Source: Candidatus Hadarchaeota archaeon (GTDB taxonomy: Archaea > Hadarchaeota > Hadarchaeia > Hadarchaeales > Hadarchaeaceae). From it: DNA of 64,000 nt. This document shows positions 38,665 to 47,000 of the stretch, one piece after another. The position numbers were made by a program, and so were the translations under genes. The notes beneath the pieces were generated by a model. That model searched no databases and was not told where the DNA came from. It saw only the letters and a program-made list of their open reading frames with translations. How positions within the stretch are numbered: position 1 is the stretch's first letter; each line of letters starts with the position of its first letter. The stretch lies in contig CAZETV010000002.1 of the NCBI GenBank assembly GCA_964514965.1, positions 37,547-101,546 on the forward strand, in the 5' to 3' direction.

Positions 38665-40761
38665 CTATAGGTTAAATTCTTTCCTTATTTTTTTAACTTT
38701 TTCAAGACACTTCGGGGTGTTGTTAGCATCATATGCGAACTCTTCGTATCTCTTTAGCTCTTTTATCAGTATCTTCCTTTCCAATTCAAAAAAATCTGGT
38801 TCGAAAGAACGTTGCGAAGAGGGCAAAACAATAATGTCGTAGAGTGTGGCCTTGTCCTTTCCCGGAAAACGTCTTAAAAGCCTCCCTCTTCTTTGAATGA
38901 ATTCTCTGGGATTACCCGAGCTCGAGAGCAATATGCCTGTTCTGGCGGGTGGAACATCCACTCCTTCGTCTAAACATTTCATTGCAACTAAAATCTGATA
39001 ATCGCCATCGGCAAATTTTCGGAGCAAAATTTCTCGTTGGGCAACGTTTTCGACCGCTGTAAACTTGTGTTGTAAAATATCTCTGTCGTTTAAAATTCTT
39101 TGAACTCTCTTTATCTGTTTTGGCGAACAATAAACAAAGCAATGTCTGGCACCGCCACCGATCTTGTCTAATATTTTTTCAAAAACAACGTATTTGTTTT
39201 GAGCGTTTTTTACGGTCTCTTGACGTTTTATACATAACAAATTAAAAAGTTCCTTTCTCTCCTGGTTAGACTTGCATGCGTAATATTGTCGAGCAATTTT
39301 CTTAGTTTCAGATTGATAGAGGTAAAACTCTTCGTCAGTCATCTCGACGAAATAGGGTTCATATTCGTATGGTGTGAGATAAGTTTCTCCGGTTTTTGGA
39401 TTTACAGTTGTGATGGCATCTTTTATAGAGAAAACTGATACTATATCTCCGAAATACTCAAAAAGTTTTTTGCTTCCAGGTTCATCAAAATATCTTTTAG
39501 GTGTTGCACTTAACCCCAACCTGAATTCATATCGGTCTAACAAACCTTTTTGTCTCTCTGGTGCCCCGAGGGTATGAACTTCGTCGCCAATTAAAAATAC
39601 TTTTGCGCTAGTTTCATTTATTATTTCAGTAAAATCATTACTAGAAATGGTATTTGGGGTAGTTAAAATTATTATTTTTTCACTAATGTCATTTTCTATG
39701 TCCCGCAAGTAGTCAACCAGTTTATTTTTCCAACCTGGATTGCTACTATCAGCGATTACGATAAGCCAATGAATGTCAAATTTTATTATTTCATTTTCCC
39801 ATTGTTTCAGCAAATGTTTGGTGGGTGAAGTAATGACAATGACAAGCTTTTTTTCTGATTCAGACATTTTCTTCAAACATCCCAACGCAGCAAACGTTTT
39901 CCCAGAACCTGTAGCCATTTCAAAAATCCCTTTCTTACCGTTTTCTAACCAATTAGCGATAGCACTCTCTTGATGAGTCCATAACTTGATTGCTTTTTTT
40001 CTTATCCATTCTTTCTTTATCAACCATTTGTCCAGATTCAAAACTTCAACATTGTCTGGAGCTATTTTAATAAGCTTTTCTTTTACGCCGGTGGGGACAT
40101 CGATAACTTTTGTTCTTCTTGCCTGTCCATTCCAGAATTTTTCAAATTTTTTGATATCTGTATCAAGATATTCTTTTTCAGTTTCTTTCCAACTACAAAA
40201 TACTTTAAACTCTTCTATATGCCTCGTCCATCCATAAGCGCTTTCGTTATCAGAACCGCTAAACGATATTCGGTTCCCTTCTACATCTTCTAATATACCG
40301 ACCTTCTGATGAAACAATCCTTCTTTTTCGATAGATTCTTCATCAAGAGGTAGCCCGTCCTCATCATAAACGATTGCTATTTTAATTTCTAGTTTCTTTT
40401 TGGCAATCATCCACCCCAGTGCGCACACATGGTCTTCCACGAATTTATCTTCTAAATTTTCCAATTCTTCAAGCATCATTTTTTCTATCACTTTCTCAGG
40501 AGTTTCATGAGCTTCTCTAATAACTTCAACATCGGATTTTCGTAGTTTGGCGCTTGTAACTAAATACATGAATCCACCATTGGAAATCAATTTAGAAATT
40601 CCTCTCGCGGCAACAGCAAGAGCGCTTGAAGAGAAAAATCCAGCTAACCTTTTATAAGTTACTGATTGGGATAATGCAAGTATGTAAAAGTCATTTAGAA
40701 TATCGTCAATGTCGGAGTCGTAAGCTTTTTTTAGCTTTATACCCTTCAAGGTCATGTTCAC
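38665..40761 (-). CDS. PLD-family (HKD-like) nuclease domain fused to SF2 ResIII/DEAH-type helicase
   Basis: N-terminus has FHQKVGILED...SFSGSDNES (HxK...GSxN). Then ATGSGKTFAA (motif I), LIGDEVH (motif II) and QRRGRLLRR (motif VI). GGAGG SD lies 8 nt upstream of the ATG. Confidence 0.7.
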   Translation of the reverse strand: MNMTLKGIKLKKAYDSDIDDILNDFYILALSQSVTYKRLAGFFSSSALAVAARGISKLISNGGFMYLVTSAKLRKSDVEVIREAHETPEKVIEKMMLEELENLEDKFVEDHVCALGWMIAKKKLEIKIAIVYDEDGLPLDEESIEKEGLFHQKVGILEDVEGNRISFSGSDNESAYGWTRHIEEFKVFCSWKETEKEYLDTDIKKFEKFWNGQARRTKVIDVPTGVKEKLIKIAPDNVEVLNLDKWLIKKEWIRKKAIKLWTHQESAIANWLENGKKGIFEMATGSGKTFAALGCLKKMSESEKKLVIVITSPTKHLLKQWENEIIKFDIHWLIVIADSSNPGWKNKLVDYLRDIENDISEKIIILTTPNTISSNDFTEIINETSAKVFLIGDEVHTLGAPERQKGLLDRYEFRLGLSATPKRYFDEPGSKKLFEYFGDIVSVFSIKDAITTVNPKTGETYLTPYEYEPYFVEMTDEEFYLYQSETKKIARQYYACKSNQERKELFNLLCIKRQETVKNAQNKYVVFEKILDKIGGGARHCFVYCSPKQIKRVQRILNDRDILQHKFTAVENVAQREILLRKFADGDYQILVAMKCLDEGVDVPPARTGILLSSSGNPREFIQRRGRLLRRFPGKDKATLYDIIVLPSSQRSFEPDFFELERKILIKELKRYEEFAYDANNTPKCLEKVKKIRKEFNL

Positions 40762-40975
40762 GCCTCCAATTAAACTAACGACCCACTTTAATTACTTTTT
40801 TAGTCATTTAACTCTATTTATCTTCCTAATTCCATCCCAAGTAGTCCGCCTCGGTCTCGAAAACTCCTCAAAATTAGGACAAAGCCGACCCCGTTTTCTT
40901 GGCTACCAAGATTAAAAAACCAAATATTGCTATCGGCTGCCCTAGCGGTGCTTCTTCACCGGGTAGATCTCCTAC

Positions 40976-42019
40976 CTAAATCTTCCGCTGGGGAATCAGC
41001 CGAGAGTAAAATTCCCTCGGCCTCAGCTCCTTAAATTCCCCGGTTCGCTGGGCTATGTGCTTCCGGATATCCACGCACAGGTGGCATTTCGAGATGTACC
41101 CGTCTGGAGCCTCCTCGTAATCGAATTCCTCGACGGCGAACCTGTACAGTTCTCCCATCCCCGTCACGAGGGCGCTGAGGATCGGGCGGTCATCCAGCCT
41201 CACCCCCTCGCAGATCGATTCCAGGTCCCTCGCATCTCCGAGCGAAAGCCCCCCGCAGTAGCCGGTGATGTAGTTGAAGTAATTGTCGATGTGGAAGTGC
41301 CAGCCCCTCGTCAGCTCGGCCGCACACGAGTCCCCGAAAAATACCTTCGCCGGGTATTTACGGTACAGGTGCCCGAGCTCGTAGGGCGCCCTTCCCATCG
41401 GGAGCAGTTCCAGCCTCAGCGCGTCTTGGCCCGCAAGCTTGAGGGTTTCTTCGAGTGACAAAGTGCCGCTTACCCCCAGCCCCCTCATCAGCTCGTAGAA
41501 GCCCTCCTGATAGACCAGCACGTTCGACCCGAATACCTCCCTGCTCACCTCGATCGCCGTTGCCGCACGCTTGAGGGGGACGTGCTCCAGGATGAAGGGG
41601 TTGACGCTTATCAGGATCCCGTCCAGCCCGGCATCCCTGAGCTTGGAGAGTTTTTCCTTGCAAACTCGACGGCTGGTGCACCAGAAGCAATTAGTCTCGA
41701 CGAAGGTCGCCGGAATCTCGAGCGCCTCGGCAACCTTGGTGAGCTCGAGTAAGAGGTCGAAGTTCATGAAGGGTTCGCCGCCCGTGAAGTGAAGCCCGTA
41801 GTTTATCCCAACGGTCTTGAAGCCGGGCGGATATTGCACCCGAAACCTTCCTGATAGCTCGGTCAGGACCTTTTCGGCATCTCCCAGATCGATCCAATCT
41901 GCATCCCAGCGCGGGGAGCAAGCATACATGCAGTGCTTGCATTCGCCCGTGCATTTGTACGTGAGGAACAAGCCTCCCGAGAAAGGTTCTTCCACTTTTA
42001 AAATCGTCATACAAATCAC
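40976..42019 (-). CDS. radical SAM protein (additional Cys clusters)
   Basis: YKCTGECKHCMYAC Cx3Cx2C near the N-terminus; further Cys at NCFWC, YCGG and CHLC. GC-rich. Confidence 0.7.
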   Translation of the reverse strand: MICMTILKVEEPFSGGLFLTYKCTGECKHCMYACSPRWDADWIDLGDAEKVLTELSGRFRVQYPPGFKTVGINYGLHFTGGEPFMNFDLLLELTKVAEALEIPATFVETNCFWCTSRRVCKEKLSKLRDAGLDGILISVNPFILEHVPLKRAATAIEVSREVFGSNVLVYQEGFYELMRGLGVSGTLSLEETLKLAGQDALRLELLPMGRAPYELGHLYRKYPAKVFFGDSCAAELTRGWHFHIDNYFNYITGYCGGLSLGDARDLESICEGVRLDDRPILSALVTGMGELYRFAVEEFDYEEAPDGYISKCHLCVDIRKHIAQRTGEFKELRPREFYSRLIPQRKI

Positions 42020-42171
42020 TCCAAGGAGACTCCCGCTTTAGCTGGGGTAGGAATTGAGGTTAAATTTTTTCGTTGGTCTTCGAGCGAGTAGCGTGAAAGT
42101 GCCCGAAAATCAGGCCAGCGAGGAGAGCTGGTCGTATTGCAACCCCTTTAGAAGGTTTTACTTCCGACGCC

Positions 42172-42741
42172 TCACTTGATGTTGACCTTTTCGCCCGGTT
42201 TCTCCTCCTCAAGCCTCCGCAGCGTTACCTCGAGCACCCCGTTCTGATAGCTCGCGTCCACGCTCTTGGGGTCCACCCTCGCCAGAAGCTCGACCTCCTT
42301 GAAGTACTTGCGCTCCTTGGTGTCAACGGAAATGGTCAGCTTGTCCTCTTTCACCCGCAAATCGATGTCCTCCTTGGTGACGCCAGGAATCTCGGCTATC
42401 ACCCGAATGATGTAGGGGGTCGGGACCACTTCGATTATCGGCTCCCTGCGCTCGGTGGGCCTCGGGAGGGGAACGCCCGGCTTGAGGTTGCCGAAGGTTC
42501 GGACCTTTGGCTTGCCGTCGGGCCCTATGGTCATGGAATATCCGTAGACCAGCGGCCCCAGAGTCCTGACCGTAGTGCCGTCCGGAAACTTTCGCTCGCG
42601 GTAAAGCTCCTTGGGCATCCGCTTCGAGAAGTTCTCAAACATCTCCCCGAACGTCCGGTCCATTTCTCGGAAGAAACGCGCGAAAGGGCGGCGTCCAAAC
42701 CATTCCTCAAACTCGTCCCAAAATGCCATCCCTTTTTCCAC
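42172..42741 (-). CDS. Hsp20/alpha-crystallin small heat-shock protein
   Basis: Alpha-crystallin domain (AEIPGVTKEDIDLRVKEDKLTISV...NGVLEVTL). Confidence 0.85.
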   Translation of the reverse strand: MEKGMAFWDEFEEWFGRRPFARFFREMDRTFGEMFENFSKRMPKELYRERKFPDGTTVRTLGPLVYGYSMTIGPDGKPKVRTFGNLKPGVPLPRPTERREPIIEVVPTPYIIRVIAEIPGVTKEDIDLRVKEDKLTISVDTKERKYFKEVELLARVDPKSVDASYQNGVLEVTLRRLEEEKPGEKVNIK

Positions 42742-42827
42742 CTTGATTATAATTTGGAATGATTTGCTAAAAAATTTTTCTCTCAGAATCTCGTGCTCAA
42801 TTTTTAGGTTTGGTGTGAAAGATACAG

Positions 42828-43364
42828 TTGAGAGGCGGATTCGTGCTTGAAGAATGGAACGTGCTGGTGGTCTCCCACGAGGGCGAGGAGCGGCGCTTGC
42901 GCAGGGACTTGCGGGAATTGGGAGAGTTCAAGTTCACGAGATTCAGAAGTCTGCTGCTCGGAAAAGTCGATCTCCATGCGTTTCTCGAAGAGGTTCAAGC
43001 CAAGTCCATCCCTTCGCTGGCGAGGGTCGTCCCTGTCGAGGAGAACTTCCGCGCGCAGCCTGAGGATTTGCTCGAAATCCTGAAAGACAAGGTAAAGAAA
43101 TACTCGGGGCGAATCGGGCAGGGCGAAAGCTTTTGCGTGAGGTTCGAGCGCAGAGGTTTCAAAGGTCGGATTTCGAGTCTGGAGGTCGAGGAAGAAATCG
43201 GAGGGTACTTGCATGACCTGCTCGAGAAGGAAGGGAAAAGCCCCAGAGTCAGCCTAGAAGACCCGGACAAGTTGCTCGTAATCCAATCGGTCGGAACCTC
43301 GTTTGGCATAGGGCTCATAGACCGCGAAAACAGGCAGAGATATCCGATCATTCGGGTGAAGTGA
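42828..43364 (+). CDS. THUMP-domain protein
   Basis: About 170 aa with a conserved SFCVRFERRG core and beta-alpha pattern. Confidence 0.55.
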   Translation: MRGGFVLEEWNVLVVSHEGEERRLRRDLRELGEFKFTRFRSLLLGKVDLHAFLEEVQAKSIPSLARVVPVEENFRAQPEDLLEILKDKVKKYSGRIGQGESFCVRFERRGFKGRISSLEVEEEIGGYLHDLLEKEGKSPRVSLEDPDKLLVIQSVGTSFGIGLIDRENRQRYPIIRVK

Positions 43365-43439
43365 ATGTCTGTTTTTGCTCCCCCTCCAAATCCAAATTTT
43401 AATACCACTAACCTCAAATCGCTAGAATGAGGTGATGGA

Positions 43440-43949
43440 ATGGAAGTTCTCGAAGCCATCCGCACGAGGCGAAGCATTAGAAACTACGAAAGGCGACCGG
43501 TTCCCGAGGAGTCCGTTAGAAAGATCTTGGAGGCTGGCAGGTGGGCACCTTCTGCAGACAACTCCCAGCCTTGGAGTTTCATCGTGCTCAGGGACGAAGG
43601 GGTTCGTAGAGAGGTATCAAGAGCAACCACCTACGGGAGGTTCCTCGCCGACGCTCCGCTTGGCATCGCGGTCGTCATAGACCCGGCAGCGTCTACACAT
43701 CCGGTGGAGGATGGGGCAATCGCAACCCAAAATATGATTCTAGCCGCTCACGCCCTCGGACTTGGTACGTGTTGGATCGGGTCGTACGGGTCCACCCACG
43801 AGAAACGGGTGAAGGAGATACTGGGCATCCCCAAGGATAAACGATTGCTTTCAATAATATCTGTGGGTTTCCCAGCTGAATCCCGAAAATCTACACGTAG
43901 GGAGCTGGGAGAACTGACATTCACCGACAGATATGGGAAAAGTGACTGA
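43440..43949 (+). CDS. nitroreductase-family protein
   Basis: AIRTRRSIRNY...RWAPSADNSQPWSFIV. Confidence 0.8.
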   Translation: MEVLEAIRTRRSIRNYERRPVPEESVRKILEAGRWAPSADNSQPWSFIVLRDEGVRREVSRATTYGRFLADAPLGIAVVIDPAASTHPVEDGAIATQNMILAAHALGLGTCWIGSYGSTHEKRVKEILGIPKDKRLLSIISVGFPAESRKSTRRELGELTFTDRYGKSD

Positions 43950-43959
43950 GGGTTGATGG

Positions 43960-44430
43960 TTGAGGCTTTATTTGGTTCAGCACGCCGAAGCCAAACCTCA
44001 AGCGGATGACCCGGCGCGCCCGCTCTCCGAGAAAGGCCAAGCAGACATCCAGAAGGTGGCGAATTTCATCAAGGCGAAAGGAATCGAGGTATCCAAAATA
44101 TTCCACAGCGGAAAACTCCGGGCCAAGCAAACCGCTGAAGCCCTGGCCGAAAGCATCTCATCAACGGGAGGAGTCGAGCAGGCTGAAGGTCTAGCACCGC
44201 TCGACGACCCGGGCATCTGGGCGAACAGGCTGAAGGAAGAGCTCGAAGATCTGGTGCTCGTTGGCCACCTCCCCTATCTGAGCAAGCTCGCTGGTCTTCT
44301 GCTAGCGGGCGACCCTGAGCGAAAGGTCGTGAAATTTAGGAATGGTGGGGTAGTCTGCTTGGAGCGGGACGAGGACGGGAACTGGTCCGTGGGGTGGGTC
44401 CTGACTCCGGAGCTCTTAGCAACCAAATGA
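43960..44430 (+). CDS. sixA: phosphohistidine phosphatase SixA-like (histidine phosphatase superfamily)
   Basis: LYLVQHAEA (RHG-type catalytic His) ... HSGKLRAKQTAE. Confidence 0.7.
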   Translation: MRLYLVQHAEAKPQADDPARPLSEKGQADIQKVANFIKAKGIEVSKIFHSGKLRAKQTAEALAESISSTGGVEQAEGLAPLDDPGIWANRLKEELEDLVLVGHLPYLSKLAGLLLAGDPERKVVKFRNGGVVCLERDEDGNWSVGWVLTPELLATK

Positions 44431-44510
44431 AAACTGCTCCGAACTTGAACTCCCACAGGCTACTGCTCCAATTTAAATGATATCCCCACCACTTTGTAAC
44501 GGGAAATCTC

Positions 44511-45152
44511 ATGCACGAAAACATCAGGCTCGGAGTGACCCGCCTCCAATCGGCTCTCGACTGCCCCCTCTGCTTCTGGCTCTCTCGGCGTATTGGCTCG
44601 CCTCCCTCCATCTTCGCCGGCATCCCCGCCCAGATTGACTCCGTGATCAAAAATTACATGAAGCAATTCATCGGGAACTCGGATTTGCCTGAGTGGTTCC
44701 CCGTGCGCGGCACCTTCATGGACGCCAGCCAGACCCTGAGAGCAACCGACCCGACCACCTGCATCACCGTGGTGGGAAAGCTCGATGCTTTGGTGAAGAC
44801 GGCAGACGAAGAATATCACATCATCGACTACAAAACTGGCAGGCCCCCCAAGGAGGTTCCAAATTACTACCAAATGCAGCTCGACGGCTACGCCTACCTC
44901 CTCGAGCAAAACGATTTCCGGCCCGTGGTGGGCGGCACGTTGCTTTACTTCACGCCCGAGCATGGGGACCTCTCGGAGGGGCGCTTCCCGTTCAAAATCA
45001 CCGCTGTGCGGGCCGAGGTTGACCCGGGCCGCATCCCGCCCGTTCTCGCGCTGGCCAGGGAAATCCTCGACTTGCAGACCCCGCCGCCCAGAAGCGAGGA
45101 CTGCGAGATGTGCATGTGGCGGGAGCAGGTCGAGCACACTCTATCAGAATGA
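44511..45152 (+). CDS. Cas4-like PD-(D/E)xK nuclease with 4-Cys cluster (stand-alone)
   Basis: N-terminal CPLCFW, core HIIDYKTG (D-x-K-T) and C-terminal DCEMCMW are the DUF83/Cas4 hallmarks. Confidence 0.55.
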   Translation: MHENIRLGVTRLQSALDCPLCFWLSRRIGSPPSIFAGIPAQIDSVIKNYMKQFIGNSDLPEWFPVRGTFMDASQTLRATDPTTCITVVGKLDALVKTADEEYHIIDYKTGRPPKEVPNYYQMQLDGYAYLLEQNDFRPVVGGTLLYFTPEHGDLSEGRFPFKITAVRAEVDPGRIPPVLALAREILDLQTPPPRSEDCEMCMWREQVEHTLSE

Positions 45153-45205
45153 GAACACCCGAACGATTTTTGACTTCTCACGAGATTTTGTTGGCCAAAG
45201 ACAGC

Positions 45206-46060
45206 CTAGAAAGGTGCGAATACGCCCATAAACACGAACCACGCCAAAATTGTTTTTGCGGCTAAACTGAGAATAACGTAAAATCGTTCGCCATAGAGGT
45301 AATCTCTCCAACGTCCGACACCTTTGTACTGTAAGACCATGTTGATCGCGAAGATATTGAACAGAATGAAATAGATGAAAGGGATGAAGTATACGAATGT
45401 TGGAATTTCTCCTCCCACAGAGTTAACAGCAGCAACGAAATAGGCGAAAATCACGACCCATGGAACCCAACCTGAAATCGTCCCCAAGATAAATGGCGAC
45501 CAATTAGTCTTTTTTGTTTTCTGATTGAGAATTTCCATCAAATACCCGAACATTATCATCATCGCGTTTAAGACGAAAATCATGATCAACGACCAAAAAT
45601 CCCAGACACCCACCAACAGTGCAATCAGTAATATCATTATTGAGCTTGAGAAGGCGTACTCGTACCAGCGGTAAGGATTCATCCCTTTTTTCAAATTTTC
45701 ATTGTAACGGTTATTTACCAGATACGAAATCGAAAAGTGCGCTATGGCAGAAATTAGGAGGAAGGAAGCGAGAATCGCCCCCAAATATTCGAAAGTAAAC
45801 AAAATTTGAGGATTCGGTACCACCTCGAATAGGATTGGTTCCGTAGTAATTATTTTTATATCAAGATAGAACGTGTATACATTTCTCGAAAACGTCAGAA
45901 GAAGACCCAACAGCAACATTGCTATCCCCTGAACTAAATGCAAAGAACCTGCGATGGTGTTGAAGCGTTTCAGATAGGTAAAAGTTATAGGTGAGCTGGC
46001 GATTATTTTCTGCCTTTCTTTATAATCCATTGGTGCCCCCATAGTACTAAATATGTCCAA
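45206..46060 (-). CDS. heliorhodopsin (7-TM retinal protein)
   Basis: Seven TM helices with FNTIAGSLHLVQ, NPYRWYEYAFSSSIMILLIA, NAMMIMFGYLME, GWVPWVVIF and QYKGVGRWRDYLYGERFYVILSLAAKTILAW. The Schiff-base Lys sits in the last helix, matching the heliorhodopsin family pattern. Confidence 0.7.
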   Translation of the reverse strand: MDIFSTMGAPMDYKERQKIIASSPITFTYLKRFNTIAGSLHLVQGIAMLLLGLLLTFSRNVYTFYLDIKIITTEPILFEVVPNPQILFTFEYLGAILASFLLISAIAHFSISYLVNNRYNENLKKGMNPYRWYEYAFSSSIMILLIALLVGVWDFWSLIMIFVLNAMMIMFGYLMEILNQKTKKTNWSPFILGTISGWVPWVVIFAYFVAAVNSVGGEIPTFVYFIPFIYFILFNIFAINMVLQYKGVGRWRDYLYGERFYVILSLAAKTILAWFVFMGVFAPF

Positions 46061-46225
46061 AATACTAAATAAATCTTCTTATTTAGAACCAAATAATTTA
46101 AATTGGTGCAAAATACTGCAAAATTATCGCGATAAGTGCCCGATTTAGAGTGATAATTGATTTGATTCTAAACCTAGTGCAAAAACTAGCCATTTACATT
46201 GACCCGCTGTTGAAAAATTAAATAA

Positions 46226-46930
46226 TTACGAAATCAGCGGAATTATCTCGTTTGTCACGTAATCCAGAAATTCATTCAGCTCAGCCCGGCTGAACATCGT
46301 CACCACGCAATCCCGGGTGATACCCACGACCAAGCCACGCTTTTGCAGTTCAAGAACCGTGTACCAAATCTTTCCGTGTTCAAGATAATCGCGGTAGAGC
46401 TTGGTGTCCGCGAGCGCTGATCCTGCGAGCGCTAGTTTCCCTACACTTGGGATATCAACTTCGTCGAACCAGATGAGCTTCGTGGCGCGGGGGTTTGATT
46501 CGTGAAGCTCCTTTAAAGTTTCATGGGTAATCTTTGTCTCAACTATCCCCCCCGTCTTGATGAAAAGAATCTCGCTGAGTTTGTTCGCCACGTAGTTCGT
46601 CAGCAGCTTCTTCACCCCCCTAGCTTTTGAAGGCGCGAGCACGACAAGGAAAGTCCGATCTTTAAATCGCTTGATCCAGAAGGGGGTTTCTTCCGTGACC
46701 GGAGTTTCAACCAGTCCGCGCTTGTAATAACGGCTGAGCACGAAGTCCTTGCTAAAAATTCCCGCCAGCAAGTCGGCCTCTATCTTCAAATCCAAAATTT
46801 CCATCGCCAGTTTGAGCTGCTGCCCCTTTTGCTCGTACGGTACTTCTTCCCGGAAGTCCTTGAGCTTCTGGGCTATCAGCGCCAGCTCGATTGGCTCCTT
46901 GAGCTCGAATATCTTTGCGGCGAGGACCAT
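46226..46930 (-). CDS. hypothetical protein divergent from SMC-like operon
   Basis: 234 aa, no motif recognised. Confidence 0.35.
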   Translation of the reverse strand: MVLAAKIFELKEPIELALIAQKLKDFREEVPYEQKGQQLKLAMEILDLKIEADLLAGIFSKDFVLSRYYKRGLVETPVTEETPFWIKRFKDRTFLVVLAPSKARGVKKLLTNYVANKLSEILFIKTGGIVETKITHETLKELHESNPRATKLIWFDEVDIPSVGKLALAGSALADTKLYRDYLEHGKIWYTVLELQKRGLVVGITRDCVVTMFSRAELNEFLDYVTNEIIPLIS

Positions 46931-47000
46931 ATGTCACCCTAAAGACTTAAACACTGTGAGGGTTTAAAATTGAGGACGTATAAAATTTAAACTGGTACTT

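Noticed and set aside
36110-40761. Interpretation as a phosphorothioation (dnd) modification or Dnd-restriction (dptFGH) cluster
   Set aside because: Only a DndD-like ATPase is present. There is no DndA/IscS-like cysteine desulfurase, no DndC PAPS-reductase-like gene, no recognisable DndB, and no DptF/G/H-sized genes. The helicase is a PLD fusion not found in dnd or dpt clusters.
41057-42014. Multiple ORFs overlapping the GC-rich radical SAM gene on both strands
   Set aside because: Shadow ORFs. Only the minus-strand frame carries the Cx3Cx2C radical SAM motif.
44460-45137. 225-aa minus-strand ORF and other overlapping ORFs (44693-45022, 44962-45231)
   Set aside because: They are antisense or out-of-frame shadows of the Cas4-like gene in a GC-rich stretch, rich in Arg/Gly/Pro, with no motifs.
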